Notes: generated by a model from the sequence alone, not told the origin. DNA of 62,884 nt, filler included, from Chiloscyllium plagiosum (GCF_004010195.1; 4 parts of one record of this genome joined end to end with filler, not necessarily neighbours in it), one strand, 5' to 3'; positions 13,790-27,224 are shown, numbered from the whole stretch's first letter. A program made the numbers and translations.

Positions 13790-15180
13790 AAAGGTATGGG
13801 ACATTTGGCTTCTCTAGCCTGCTCTGCCATTCAACAAGACCATGTCCATTCTGATTTTACCTACAAATCCATATCCAACTCTGATGATTTTTCACCCCCT
13901 TACTTGCCAAGAACCTATCCATCACTACCTTAAAAATATTTAAAGACTTTGTTTCCATTGTCTTTTAAACAATACAGTTCTAAAGATTAATGACTGAGAA
14001 GAAGTATGACTCATTTCTGTTTTAAATAGATGACCACTTATTTTTAAGCAGTGACTCTTAGTTCTAGACTTTCCAAAAGAGGAAACATTGTCTCCACATT
14101 CACACTGTCAAGACTCGTTAGGACCTTATATGTTTTAATCAGGTTCTTAGTCTTCAAATCTCTAGTGAACATAAAGCTAGGCTATCCAACCTTTCCTCAT
14201 AAAACAACCTGCCCATTAATCTGGTCAGAACAGCTTCCAATGTGTTTAAATGCTTTCTTAAATAGATGACCGATACTGTACATAGTACAGTCTTCCAGAT
14301 GAAGGGCTTTTGCCTGAAACGTTGATTCTCCTGCTCCTCAGATACTACCTGACCTGCTGTGCTTTCCTAGCACCACACTCTTGACTCTAATCTCCAGCAT
14401 CTGCAGTCCTTACTTTCACCACAGTATTCCAGATGTAAACTCACCAGTGCCATGTATAGCTGAAGTATAATGTTTCTACTTTTTTATTCAATTCTTTTCA
14501 ATAAATGGCAAAATTCCATTGACTTTCCTAATCACTTGCTGAGCCTATATTTTAGTCTTTTGCAATTCATGCACAAGAATACCCAGATCCCTAGATATCT
14601 CGAATTTCTGCAATTTCACACCATGTAGAGAATATTCTTCTTTTCTGTTCTTCTTGCCAAAGTGAACAATTTCATATTTTCCACCAATATACTCCAGTTT
14701 TAAGATCTTTTTCCATTCAATTTACCCATCCTCTCTTTCTGTAATCTGCTTATGTCTTCCTCATGACTAACTTCTTACTTATCTTTATGCCATAGCAAAG
14801 TTGGTCACCGTAAATTCTGTCCTTTCAACCAAGTAATTTATATAATTGTAAAATGTTGAGTTTCCACCAACAATACCTATGGCACACTACCCATTTCATC
14901 TTGCAAACTAGAAAAGACTGGTTTACGCCAACCACGAGTTTTCATTTTCTGCAATAACTTACCTTGTGGCACAACATCTCTGCCTAATGAAAATCTAAGC
15001 ACAGTGCATTCACAAGTTCCACCTGATAGCAGTGCATGCTACTTCCTCAAATAACTGCAAAACATCAGTTAAACATATCACTTTCACAGAACCATGTTGT
15101 CGCTGCCTGAATAATTTGAATGTATCTAAGTTCTTTCTATAACACCTTTAATAATAGCTTTTAATATTTTCCTTATGACC
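13790..15180 (-). mobile_element. Degenerate CR1-type LINE 3' part
   Basis: Reverse-complement similarity to other CR1 copies in the window. Confidence 0.75.
14302..14420 (+). mobile_element. Penelope family A pLTR insertion in CR1
   Basis: TSD acagt(c/a)ttccagatg at 14287-14301 and 14421-14435. Confidence 0.8.
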
Positions 15181-15519
15181 AAATGTTACGCTAGCTCAGG
15201 GAGTCATAGATGTACAGCATTGAAACAGACCTTTCGGTCCAACTCCAATGCTACCTATTCGCATAAACTGTATCATCTGAACTCAACTGTAGGAGCTGTT
15301 AAGTTTATGAGTTCAATAGACACGAATTTAGAAACAAGTGACATATCTCAATTGTCATTTTATTGTGACACTGGAAATGCCCAGTCTTGTCCTTGAGAAT
15401 TATGTTGGCAAATTAAAAATGAAAATCTCCTGTAAGTATTCCCATGCCTTTCATGAAACTTTCTATTATTCATTACTTATTCTGTCATGGCTTATTGTTT
15501 GCCTGGTTTCTTTGGAGAC

Positions 15520-16220
15520 AAATCTAGAGTGAGTGCATTAGTTATTGTCACATATATCTAGAAAGATATAATGAAAAGTGGTTTGTTGCCACAATCCAGC
15601 ACCATTTTAAATTACAAGAAAAATACAGAGATATGACATAAATATACTTCATCTTCTATACAAGGGGTCTTCAAATACAGCTGCAGCACTTGTGCACAGT
15701 CTCTGCAGAGTGTCCCAGGCTTTGAGGAGTCTCTGCTCCAATGACCCCGCTAAGAGTCCACACTTCAAGCCTACCACAGTTCCTGCTCCAGGCACCTTCA
15801 ATACCACAGCCGACGAGTGGCTGAGTCCCTGAGTCCACATTCCAGTCTTGAAAAAGCCAGGAGTCCTCACTCTGAGCACCACCATACTACTGCTGATGAC
15901 CCGCCAAGTCCACACTCTGGACCTACTACTGTCATCACCGCAGCCGATGATCTGCCAAGTCACTGTGTCCATATGCCGGACCTACTGCAGTCAAGAGTTC
16001 CCACTTGGGGCACTGCCACTGCTGCAGCTGATGCCCTGCCAACACTGCTCCAGCTTCCCCCTCACATCAGATGAAGAAAAGGAAAATGAGAAAGAGAAAG
16101 GAGAGAGAGAGAAAAAAAAAACAGAGAGACAGAGACAGAGAGAAGGATACATCCAACTTGGAGCAGACAGGCTCAGTAGCTTGAACACTACCTAATGTGC
16201 CATTGCTGCCATCTTAACAA
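15520..16220 (-). repeat. Probable interspersed repeat of unassigned family with an AG-rich tract
   Basis: GC-richer block with low-complexity CCA/CTG repeats and (AG)n at 16075-16145; family not identified. Confidence 0.3.
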
Positions 16221-17409
16221 TTTTGTTTGGGACATTAAACGAGTTGGGTTTTAGCTCTTAGCAAGCTTCATTCTCACTGTGCAAAGAGGTGAAATGTAAA
16301 ATGAAAACTTATCATGTGAGACATTTTTCTACAGATATGTAGAAATTTTGTAAATTCCCTTTACAACTCAAAATTGATTTGCAAGATTGTGTATTACTTA
16401 TTTTTCAATTTTATCTGTATTCATGTATGTGTACACATATATAGGTAGCTGTGTAATAGTTTTTTTTCGTATTTCCTATTGGCTACCGGTTTCGAATACT
16501 ATTTTTCTTGATGACCGGTTGACAATCTAATGGTGTTCGTAGCCTTATGATCATCACTTTTTCAAGGTAACAAAAGCACATAGCTATCTGTTATTGATGC
16601 AATCAACCTATTTTGAAATGCAATCTTTTGGCTTCAAATACAATCCCATAGGAAATATATTGCTGTCTTACAACTGGTGCTTGTTAGAAATCTTTTATCC
16701 TGCAATCTTGCCTGTGTAATTCGTCAAAATCAGGTCATGTATCCAGCTTAATTAGTGAAAGGTAAGGTCTCTTGTAAAACAGCTGCAAACGTTCTATTGC
16801 AATGCCTTTGCTTCACAATTTGTAATCATAAAACATGTTTCAATTATATTTTTATTATTTAATTATTATTTATGTAGTAGTTTGACGCATATACATTTGA
16901 AGGAATGCAGCTTCTTGCTATAATAATGAAACAAAAATGGTTTCGATGATAACAAGTATTGAATAATTATTAACATTCTTTCCCAATTTAACATTCTTTG
17001 GTGGGGCAGCAACCATTGTATGGTGGGACAGTAACCATGTGTATTCCACGCATTACTGTGTTGGATGCCAGACCTTGGAGAAATATTTTTAAAAAACTAA
17101 GGCATCTTGTGTTTTTTTTAAACTGTGACACCAAAAATAATCCTTTTTATTGCACGACCGACATTTTGTGTTTGTTGTTATGAACAGAACAAATCAAACC
17201 AAACCAAACAGAACAAATGACTCGAGGGAAGTTGCTGCTGTTTCATTTACATTTTATCACCCTTTTAATTTGTGTTTAGCTGAATGCCTACCAGGTAGAT
17301 TATAATTTAACAGAATAAAATAGACCCAAAGCAAAATCATGCTGGTAGTGAATGGAAAGTGAGCTAGAAGCTAAATGATTGATAATATGATGCAAAAGTT
17401 TTATTTTTT

Positions 17410-17705
17410 AAAAATTCATTCGTAGAATGACAGCATCACTGGCAAGGCCAGCATTTATTGCCAATCTCAGGAGACAGTTAACAGTCAACCACATTGCTGT
17501 AGGTCTGGAGTAACATGTAGTCCAGACCAGATAAGGATGGCAGTTTCCTTCCCTAAAGAACATTAGTTGAGATTTTCCTGACAGATTTTCATTGAATTCA
17601 AATTCCACCATTTGTTGTGCCATTATTTGAATCCAGGTCCCCAGACAATTATCTGAGTCTCTGGATTTACAGTCCAGCTATAATACCACTAGACCATCGC
17701 TTCTC
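17410..17705 (-). mobile_element. tRNA-derived SINE with LINE-shared 3' tail
   Basis: A-box and B-box-like motifs on the minus strand; related copies at 59335-59670 and 60890-61085. Confidence 0.7.
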
Positions 17706-18129
17706 CCCATTGATTACAATAACTGGTGTATCAGCTCACGGAGCTTATCTTGTAAAGTTATCACACAACCCATTCGACATCACTGGAGGTGACGTGAGGA
17801 AACGTTTTTTACACATCCAGTTGAATGCACTGCCTGAAATGGCAGTAAAGATGAAGTCAATATAGTCATAATGGATCACGGGGATGATCTCTCAAAACAG
17901 AGAAGTAATTTCAATCATGGTTTGGAGCCCTGCAACTTTATCTTTACCACATGTCCAAATAATTTCCTTTTGAAATAACTGATCATCTTTATATCCATCA
18001 TGCTCATTGACAGTAAATTCCAGGTCATCACCATGCACTCTATAAAAAAGTTATTTACCTTGCTCCAAACTTTAAATCTGTGTCCCATAGTCCATGAACT
18101 AATAACTACTGGGAACAGCAACTTGGCAA

Positions 18130-18650
18130 GACTGAATACCAAGACCAAATGTCCTCATACATGAGTCGATTTTGCTAATGATGCTGTATTGGCATCCTAC
18201 TCTGAATTTCAGTTACAACAGTTTATATATCAATCCTTCCAAGGTCTGCCAAAGAAGTAGTCAGAATCAGAAAGACAAAATATCTGTATATGAGGCTTGT
18301 GTTCTCAATAGCCTTGTTTATAGTCATGAGGCATGGATAATTTATATAAGCGAAGAAAAGCAACAAAACAGTTTTCACCTCCATAGCCTCAGATGATAGT
18401 CGGCATAATCTGGCAAGACAGTCTGCTGAACATGGAAATACACCAAAGTGCAGGAAGAACTAACAAGCTTTGCCTCTTGAATCAGTGGCAATACCATTGG
18501 CTGCATCATGTGAGCTGAATGAATGATGTCTATGCTCCAAAGACATTCTCTAATGCTAGCTTTCTATTGGCACAAACCCAACAGGTTGCCCATGGCATAA
18601 GGATTTCTGAGAATGAGACTTAAAGCTGACTGGGATTGGAGTTGATGCAT
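18130..18650 (+). mobile_element. RTE-clade LINE fragments
   Basis: FA.DA, KISVYEACVL.SL.YS.EAW and NSFHL.SLR motifs. Confidence 0.65.
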
Positions 18651-18659
18651 CAACAATTT

Positions 18660-19210
18660 AAGTTTACAAAATTATGAGTGTTATGAAGCAAATGGATAGT
18701 TGGAGGCTTTTTCCCAGGTAGAACTGTCAATTCAAAGGGTACAAGGTAAAAGGGAGTAACTTTAAAGAAAAGGTAAGCGGCAATTTCTTTTTACACAGAG
18801 GGTGGTAAGTGCCTGGAATGTGCTGCCAGGGGAGGTGATAGAAGCAGATATAATAGCAACGTTTAGGAGGCATCTTGGCTGACATATGAATAGGAGAAAG
18901 TGAGGACTGCAGATGCTGGAGATCAGAGCTGAATATGTGTTGCTGGAAAAGCGCAGCAGGTCAGGCAGCATCCAAGGAACATGAGAATCGACATTCCTGA
19001 AGAAGGGCTTATGCCCGAAACGTCGATTCTCCTGTTCCTTGGATGCTGCCTGACCTGCTGCGCTTTTCCAGCAACACATTTTCAGACATATGAATAGGCA
19101 AAGAATAAAGGGATAAATGTAGAGGCAATAGGCTTTCAGTTTCAAAAGACATCATGTGTCTGCACTGTCCTGGTGGGCCAAGGGGCTGTGTTGTACTGTT
19201 CTCTGTTTGC
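18660..19210 (+). mobile_element. CR1-type LINE 3' end
   Basis: FFTQRVVSAWNVLPGEVIEAD motif and the CR1 3' tail (gggccaaggggctgtgttgtactgttct). Confidence 0.8.
18895..19084. mobile_element. Fold-back mini-Penelope (family A) with intact hammerhead core at the apex
   Basis: Near-perfect inverted arms; CTGAAGA-AGGGC-TTAT-GCCC-GAAACGTC at 18997-19024; 14-bp TSD gacatatgaatagg at 18881-18894 and 19085-19098. Confidence 0.9.
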
Positions 19211-19739
19211 TTTAATCCTTGCTGTTGACCACAGTGTCTGGAGAAAAACAGAGAGGAAGGACATGGATGAAGCAGAAGGTAGAAGAAATGATTGGGTGGG
19301 GTGACGTGTGCCATCCAGGAGGAAAACGCATTAGTTGACCTTGGACCAACAGCCGTTCATGAATTGCTTTCTGCAGCTACAATGGACAATGTTCATTCAG
19401 AAGTGACATATGCTCTGGATGTGGTCCATCATCTCCTGAGATGGACAGCTACTGTAAGACACAATTAAATGTAAAGAAAATTTTGACAACCCAATGTTAA
19501 CTGAAAGAATTGCACCACAAGTTTTCTCATCTTTAAACAAAACTTAATATGTGAAAAAAATTAAGTAGTACTAAGTTAACCATATTTGGCAATATTTAGA
19601 GCATAAATGCAATTCCCATTCCACTTCCTAATTCCATTCAAGTGTTCCATGATGCATTAATACACTTTAATTTTTACTGAATGTTCTAGATATTCTCTGA
19701 GGTCAGAGATTTCAGGAGGACTGTTCCATTACAGTCACG

Positions 19740-20605
19740 AAAAGGCTGCAGGGTGACTTGGAGATTGGCTGTGTGGGCAAATACTTGGCAAATGCATATA
19801 ATGAGGATAAATGTGAACTTATCAACTTTGGTCACAAAAAGAGGAAAGCAGACTATTATCTGAATGGGGGCAATTTAGGAGAAAGTGAGGTACAATGAGA
19901 CCTGAGTGCCATGCTGGAACAGTCATTGAAGGTTGGCATGCAAGTGAAGCAGGCAGTGAGGAAAGCTAATGGCATGTTAGCTTTCATAGCGAGAGGTTTT
20001 GAGTAAGGAACTCTTGCTGCAATTATACAGGGCCTTGGTGAGGTCAGTTTTGTGCAGTTTTGGTCTCCTTGTCTGAAGAAGCATATTCCTGCTATTGAGG
20101 AGTCCAGCAAAGGTTCACCAGACTGATTCCCGGGATGGCAGGGCTGATATATGAGGAAAGACTGGATCAACTGGGCTTGTACTCACTGGAATTTAGAAGA
20201 ATGTGTGGGTATCTCATAGAAACATATACAATCCTAATGGGACTGAGTAGGTTAGATACAGGAAGAATGTTCCCAATGTTGGGGAAGTCCTGTACTAGGG
20301 GTCACACTCTCAGAATAAGGGTAAGCTATTCAGGCTGAGATGAAGAAGACTTTCTTCTCTCAGAGAGTTGTGAACCTGTGGAGTGCTCTTCCACAGGATG
20401 CTGTTGGTGCTAGTTCATTAAAGTATTCAAGAGGGAGCTGGGGACATGACCTATGCAGCTAAAGGGATAAAGGTGTGTGCAGAGAAAGCAGGAATGGGAT
20501 ACTGAAATTTCATGATTAGCCATGATCATATTGAATGGTGGGTGCAGGCTTGAATGGAAGTGTAGGCTTGAATGGCATACTCCTGTACCTATTTTCTATG
20601 TTTCT
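19740..20605 (+). mobile_element. CR1-type LINE 3' part
   Basis: ORF 20135-20338 (YEERLDQLGLYSLEFRRM...) plus CR1 3' UTR. Confidence 0.9.
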
Positions 20606-21239
20606 ATTAGTATTTGGCTGAGTGATCCTGCAATGTTACTTCAAAATGCTACAGTTATAGACTTCTTACCTCAACCTTTAGTTTCACTGCATTTGTGCTC
20701 AGTAGTTCAAAAATTGGAATTCTCCTGTGGGTCCCTATCTTGGTTTTGGATGAACACAGATTGCTTTATAGTACTCAATAGATGTTTCTGTCTTTTTCTG
20801 CTTCCTGCATGCAAATTGCTTATTTACACTTTCGCAAGGTCCAAGCTTGGAAATCTTCCAACCTCTTTTTTTCTCTCACAACCTCCATCCAAACTGAGCA
20901 TGAGCTTCCACTAGAGTTTTACATGGTAAATAGTAAGTTGATATTTTCTCTGCTTAAGATGAAGATCTGACTTACATTTATCCCTTTTGCTACCTCAATT
21001 CTGAGTGAGTTGCAACTCTCTCTGTCTCCTCAAAGATTGAGCAGCTGACTGCTTGCTTCTGTGAACAAACATGCAGGTAAATGAAAACAAAGAAATCTCC
21101 TTTAACCCCACAAGCCATCTGCATGGCAGCATGACATACTTGGGATGCTCTTAATACAAATGTAAACTTATTTTTTAATTGCAAAACAACACCTTTGATT
21201 CTGTGACTGATGCGGCTGTTTTTTTAATATAACTTCCTA

Positions 21240-22200
21240 ATGAGTTCTGGGTATCGCTGGCTGGGCTACAGAGAGGAAATTCTATATCTTCTTGCTGTAA
21301 GCTATCTTCTTGAAAGGCTACAGTCCATGGAGTATGGGTACATCCATGGGTTTTTTGCTAGTGTTCCAGGTTTTGACCTTGCAACAACGAAGGAATGGTG
21401 ATATACTTCTGAGTCAGAATGGTGTGTAGCTTGGAATGGAGCTGCAGGTGGCAGTGTTCTCGTGAATATGCCGTTATTGTCCATCTAGATAGTAGAGTTC
21501 CTGAGTTTAGGTCTTGCTGGAAGCACCTTGGTAAATTTCTGCAGTAGTTCTTGTAGATTGTTTATACTGTTGCATCAATGGTGAAAGGAGTGAATGTGGA
21601 AGTAGTGTACAGTTTGCTAATCAAGGGGGTTGCTTTGTCTTGGATAATAAGCTTTTAGAATGTTTTCAAAACTATACCCATCTTGCCAAGTGGAGAGTAT
21701 TTCATCATACTCACAATTTGTATTTTTCTGATGGTGGACAAATATTTGAGAGCCAGAAAGGTATTTATACATGACATAATTCCCAGCTTCTGACCTAATC
21801 TTGTATGGCTGGTTCAGTTCAGTTTCTAGTCAACAATAGTGGAGGATGCAGCAATGGTAATGCCATTGAATGACAACGGTTTGATTCTCTCTTGTTTAAG
21901 ATAGTCATTGCCTGGCACTTGTGTGGAATGAATGTCATATGTTACTTAAGCACCCAAGCCTGGATGTTGTCCAGGACTTGCTGTATATGAACACAAGCTG
22001 GTTTAGTACTTGAGGAGTCACACACAGCACTGATCACTGTGAATGCCCACTTCTTACCTTATGTTGGAGGGAAAGTCAGTGATGAAGCAGCCGAAGATAA
22101 TCGGGGTCTAGGACACTACCCTTAGGAACTCCTGCACAGACATCATGCATCAGGGATGATTGACCTTCACAAGCACTACTTTAATTTTTATGTTAAATAT
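21240..22200 (-). mobile_element. Degenerate LINE 3' part (same family as 11280-11935)
   Basis: Reverse-complement similarity to 11280-11935. Confidence 0.6.
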
Positions 22201-22559
22201 GACTCCTACCAGAGGACAATTTTACCCCTATTTTTCATTTTGACTTTCATTTGACTTGCTTATGTTTAATAGCTTAATTTATAGTAAGAAAAGTAGTAGC
22301 TCTAAAATACATGGATATTTGCAATAATTCTTCAAGTTCTTTCTTTGTTTAGCCATTACTGTCTTTGACTAGGAACCCACTTGAGTGATTTAAATTCTTA
22401 ATGCAGACAACTGTAAACATCTCATCACCAAGAAACTAGAAACAGATTATCCACTATACTGTTTTCAGAGCTTTAATTCTGATGTTATTAAATAAGCAAG
22501 GACAATCCTTTGAATTACAATTCCTTTAAGTCTTTATACCAAATCTCAAACACAGGACA

Positions 22560-22700
22560 AGTCACAGGTCTGTTGAAGGAACACAGGATTCAAAATATTA
22601 ACTGTATTTTCTCTCCACAGATGCTGTCAGACCTGCTGAGTTTCTCGAGCAATTTCTGGTTTTGTTTCAGATCTCCAGCATTTTCGGTTCTTTATTGGAT
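22560..22700 (+). mobile_element. Penelope pLTR family B
   Basis: ctccacagatgctgtcagacctgctgagtttctc motif shared with 3040-3085 and 31315-31445. Confidence 0.75.
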
Positions 22701-23756
22701 CTCAAGCACATTTTTTTTTTGCCCATTTATTTTGCGTTTTGCAGATTTCATTCCCTATTTATGTTGCATTACAATTTAAAATCCATTGTTTTCCTAAAAC
22801 ATACAAATCATGAAGTAGATATTTTGTAATAGTTACCATCACTGTTTGCAATATCTCCAAATTCTTTATTATCATCACATTTTGATTTACATTCTGCATT
22901 TCGCCATTTATCTCATTTGTAGATGGGGTATCACTACTACCTACTATTCACTCGGCTGGAAACAGGGGTATTTATCAGAATTTGCTTTTTTCTGTCCTTA
23001 AGCATTTTTTTTTCCCTGAGCTGACACAGACCCACTATTCATTAACTTCAATTTATTAACCATTCTTCAAAAATTGTCAACACTTTTTCAAATTTATAGA
23101 GATAACATAATTGCATTCTCTTCATGAGCCATCTCTGCTGCTTAATCAAAAATTTCAATAAGATTAACTAAGCATAATTTGCCTGTTGCAAATTTGTGCT
23201 GTCTAAGCTTAATTGTCTCAAAATGTCTTCAAGTGCCTGTTAATTATTTTGTTACATTATTGGATGCAACATCTTGCTCATCAGTGAAATTTAACTGACT
23301 GAACTGTAAGTATTTGGAAGTTCCGTTTCATTCTTTCGTAAATAGGGATGTCCCAGTTATCTCTCTCTGTCTCTCTCATTGTCTGGTTGATACCTTGTAG
23401 AGCTTCTGAAGATTAATAGTAAACTCTTTTGCCTCCTCTATCACAACTTCTATTATCAATCTGGGGTGGAAAACATCCAGACCAGGCACCTTGAACCTTG
23501 GTTTTGGTTACCATATCTTTCACCTTACTGCAATTAATGTAGATTGTATCTAAAACATCTCTTTCATATAAATGACCTATTGTTCCATTACAGTTTTGCC
23601 TGACAGTCTTTGATTTAATTTTACTCTGGCTAACTCCTTTCTCATGTTTTTGAATGAGCTCTTTTCAAAATTTAGATGTTGTACTTTAGATTGTTGCTTA
23701 CTCTTCTCCATGTCTAATCAAAGCTTTATGCAGTGATGATTACTTTTCCCAGGTCC

Positions 23757-24262
23757 CTGTGGTGAATGGTAGGTCCTTAAGGAGTGTAATGGAACAGAGG
23801 GACCTTGGAGTTCAGGTGCATGGTTCTCTGAAAGAGAAGTCACAAGTAGACAGGGCAGTGAAGAAGGCTTTTGGCCAAGTGGCCTTCATCAGTCAGGGCA
23901 TGTTGCAGTTAAACAGGATGTTGATAAGGCCACACTGTGTTCAATTTTGGTAACCTCACTATAGAAAGGATGTTATTAAATTGGGAAAAGTGCTGAAGAA
24001 ATTTACAAGGATGTTGCCAGGACGCAAGAGTCTGATTTATAGGGGGAGGTTTGACGAGCTAGGACTGTATTCTTTCAAGTGTAGGAAAGTGAGGGGGGAT
24101 CTTATAGAAGCGTATATGATCATGAGAGGCAAGAATAGGCTGAATGCACTCAGTCTTTTTCCAAGGGTTAGGGAATTGAGGACCAGAGGGCATTAGTTGA
24201 AAGGAAGAAAGAAAAGAATGAAAAGGAACCTGAGGGGCAATGTTTTTACATAGAGGGTGGTA
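23757..24262 (+). mobile_element. CR1-type LINE ORF2 C-terminal fragment
   Basis: EQRDLGVQVH..LK, FTRMLPG, RGDLIE.Y and RTRGH motifs. Confidence 0.9.
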
Positions 24263-25142
24263 ATCTAATTGGTTTAAAGTTTGCTGGTTTTGTTCTATCT
24301 CCTTTTGTAAATAAAGAAATCATATTCGTTTTCTGTCAGTTCTATGTCACCATGTCCTTTTCTAATGAATTTTACTCATTTCATAATTCGTCTCTTTTCT
24401 CTTCCTAAATGCTTTTAATTTGCATCAATGCGATCAAACTGAAACAGAGGTTTTATGCTCTCTAAGTTTGATCAGTTTGTCAGTTGTCAGCTTTTTTCCT
24501 ATCTTAATTTTTTAATCATCTTTTCGTAACTTGTCCTATACATTGATGTACCTGGTAAATACTGAAGAAAAGTAATTATTTAATAACTTTTCTCTGTTTC
24601 AGTCATGGCTCATGAGTTTATCATTGCATATCTCAGTGGCCCTACCCTAATCCTGTCATACATGTGCATGTGTATAATATGTTACTATTCCTTATAACCC
24701 GTAACAAGTTAACTTTGTAGTGTCGCTTTGTTTGATTGTTCTTGTTATTCAGTGAGAAAAACTTCTTTTGGACGCTCCCACTCATGTTTCTTTTTTAGTT
24801 TGTCACTAAATTGTAGAATTATAGAATCTCAAATCCCATTTACATCTTTCTTGTTTATTTGGGAGAGATTAAAATACACATTGCTGACAATACCAACATT
24901 TGCTGCCCATTTTTAATTGTCCTTGAGGAGGAAGTGTCACTGGAAGTGCTACTGAGCCCATCATGTCTTACGTCCACACTGATTGCAAAACTTAAATCTT
25001 AAATTTTCCTTTCAAGTAAAATTACCAGAAATCGAGGCTCCTGCGATGAGGTAGGATTTTTTTTAAAGACTGAAAAGTAAGTGCAGTTTGGAAGGAAGAG
25101 TTACAAAGGAAACAGACTTTGGTCTTTTTACTTTTCCTAAAT

Positions 25143-25863
25143 ATTGCCTTATCTCCATAACCCTTGATATCCTTGAGAGCTCTATCCAACTCTTTCTTAA
25201 ATGAATCCAGAGACTGGGCCTCCACTGCCCTCTGGGGCAGAGCATTCCACACAGCCATGACTTTCTGGGTGAAGAGGTTTCTCCTCATCTCTGTCCTAAA
25301 TGGTCTACCCCATATTTTTAAGCTGTGTCCTCTGGTTCGGCACTCACCCATCAGTGGAAACATGTTTCCTGCCTCCAGAGTGTCCATTCCTTTAATAATC
25401 TTATATGTCTCAATCAGATCCCCTCTCAGTCTTCTAAACTCAAGGGTATACAAGCCCAGTTGCTGCAGTCTTTCAGTGTAAGGTAATCCCGCCATTCCAG
25501 GAATTGACCTCGTGAACCTACGCTGCATTCCCTCAATAGCCAGAATGTCTCTCCTCAAATTTAGAGACCAGAACTGCACACAGTACTCCAGGTGTGGTCG
25601 CACCAAGGCCCTGTACAGCTGCAGAAGGACCTCTTTGCTTCTATACTCAATCCCTCTTGTTATGAAGGCCAGCATGCTATTAGCCTTCTTCACTACCTGC
25701 TGTACCTGCATGCTTACCTTCATTGACTAGTGTACAAGAACACACAGATATCCCTGTACTGCCCCTTTACCTAAATTGATTCCACTTAGGTGGTAATCTG
25801 CCTTCCTGTTCTTGCCACCAAAGTGGATAAGGATCCATTTATCCACATGAAAGTGCATCTGCC
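25143..25863 (-). mobile_element. Young CR1-type LINE 3' part, truncated by a gap
   Basis: ORF 25022-25723 encodes LYRALVRPHLEYCVQFWS...LRGDLIETYKI...TRGH...WNALP. Confidence 0.95.
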
Positions 25864-25963
25864 NNNNNNNNNNNNNNNNNNNNNNNNNNNNNNNNNNNNN
25901 NNNNNNNTTAATTAATTAANNNNNNNNNNNNNNNNNNNNNNNNNNNNNNNNNNNNNNNNNNNN
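25864..25963. other. Assembly gap with TTAATTAATTAA spacer
   Basis: 44 N + TTAATTAATTAA + 44 N. Confidence 0.95.
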
Positions 25964-26156
25964 GACGCCCCTCCCCCAAGTCCCTCCTCCCTATCTTTTA
26001 TCTTAGCCTGCTGGACCAACTTTCCTCATTCCTGAAGAAGGGCTAATGCCCGAAACGTCGATTCTCCTGTTCCCTAGATGCTGCCTGACCTGCTGCGCTT
26101 CTCCAGCAACACATTTCCATCTCTGATCTCCAGCATCTGCAGATCTCATTTTCTCC
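25964..26156 (+). mobile_element. Penelope family A pLTR with hammerhead core
   Basis: CTGAAGA (26032-26038)-AGGGC-TAAT-GCCC-GAAACGTC (26052-26059). Confidence 0.9.
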
Positions 26157-26232
26157 TGTTGGACTATAACCTGGTGTTGTTGAATTTTAACTGTGTACAC
26201 CCCAGTCCTACACCAGCATCTCCAAATCATGG
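26155..26232 (+). mobile_element. Penelope family C pLTR tail
   Basis: Matches the sequence at 40222-40275 and 40480-40500. Confidence 0.7.
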
Positions 26233-26779
26233 CAAGGATACTAGAAAGTCTGTCTGTCTTCCTTTCTCAATCTCCATCTTTAATCACAGAAGCCAGCACT
26301 GGTATAAATGCAACATGGAAAATATAACAATTTACTGAGGACTTAAAATCTAGAAACTTTGCCATTGCCAAAGAAATACCATAACAGCTAAATAGTTGCA
26401 CTCAGGTCTTTTCATTCTCGCAACCCAAAGGACTTTATTAGAAACTGCTTTGCCTTTTACTTCCTATCTGTAAAAGACACCCTCAACCATCTTTGTAAAG
26501 TATTTCAGTGCATGACTGATATCACATCTTAGTTTATTTTCACGGTAGTAGATAATGATATTCAACTTAAGAAAGCTTTAGAATTGGTTCTCCTTCATAT
26601 TTGGTTTGGTTACCTGAGTCTAAGTGAAGTTTAATTGTTAAAAAAAAGATAAAAAATATATTTGTTCTGACTGATGAAGGGTTTTTTTAAAAAAAGAGCT
26701 GTGACGCCACATTATGTGGTCAAAGAAAATTCTAATACTTGAAGATACACAAGTTACTCATTGCTAATCCACCGAACCG

Positions 26780-27098
26780 TGTGGGCGGCACGGTGGTTAG
26801 CACTTCTGCCTCATGGCGTCAGAGACCTGGGTTAAATTCCCGCCTCAGGCAATGGTATGTGTGGAGTTTGCACATTCTCCCTGTGTCTGCATGGGTTTCT
26901 TCCAGGTGGTCCGGTTTCCTCCCACAGTCCAAAAATGTGCAGGTTAGGTCAATTGGCCATGCTAAATTGCCCGTAGTGTTAGGTGATGGGGTAAACGTAG
27001 GGGAATGGGTCTGGGTGGGTTGCTCTTCAGAGGGTCGGTGTAGACTTGTTCGGCTGAAGGGCCTGTTTCCACACTGTAAATAATCTAATCTAATCTAA
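26780..27098 (+). mobile_element. HE1-like V-SINE
   Basis: tRNA-like head, V-domain gtgtggagtttgcacattctcc...tttcctcccaca, CR1-type tail and (AATCT)n end. Confidence 0.9.
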
Positions 27099-27224
27099 TA
27101 TTGTTGGCTAGTACCTTTGAACAGTCATGTATTTCTTTTGTTGTTCACTTAGCCCACTTTATCTTGAGATATTTTAAACTATAAGTCAAAATCTAGTATG
27201 ATATTCACATTCAGAAAGATTAGT

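Noticed and set aside
18762..19314. Recurrent ORF peptides (MLPDLLRFSSNT..., MCCWKSAAGQAAS...) as a gene family
   Set aside because: These are spurious translations of the non-coding Penelope pLTR repeat.
20975..21080. Possible exon with splice-like signals on both strands
   Set aside because: The strong minus-strand donor leaves stops in all frames, and the alternatives are short and weak.
25022..25723. 233-aa ORF as a host gene
   Set aside because: It is the CR1 ORF2 C-terminus reading through into flanking DNA.
25908..25919. Palindromic TTAATTAATTAA, also at 44460-44471 and 61406-61417
   Set aside because: Always centred in exactly 44 N + 44 N; an artificial six-frame-stop scaffold spacer, not biological sequence.
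26780..26860. tRNA genes at SINE heads
   Set aside because: A/B boxes belong to tRNA-derived SINEs; no complete cloverleaf.
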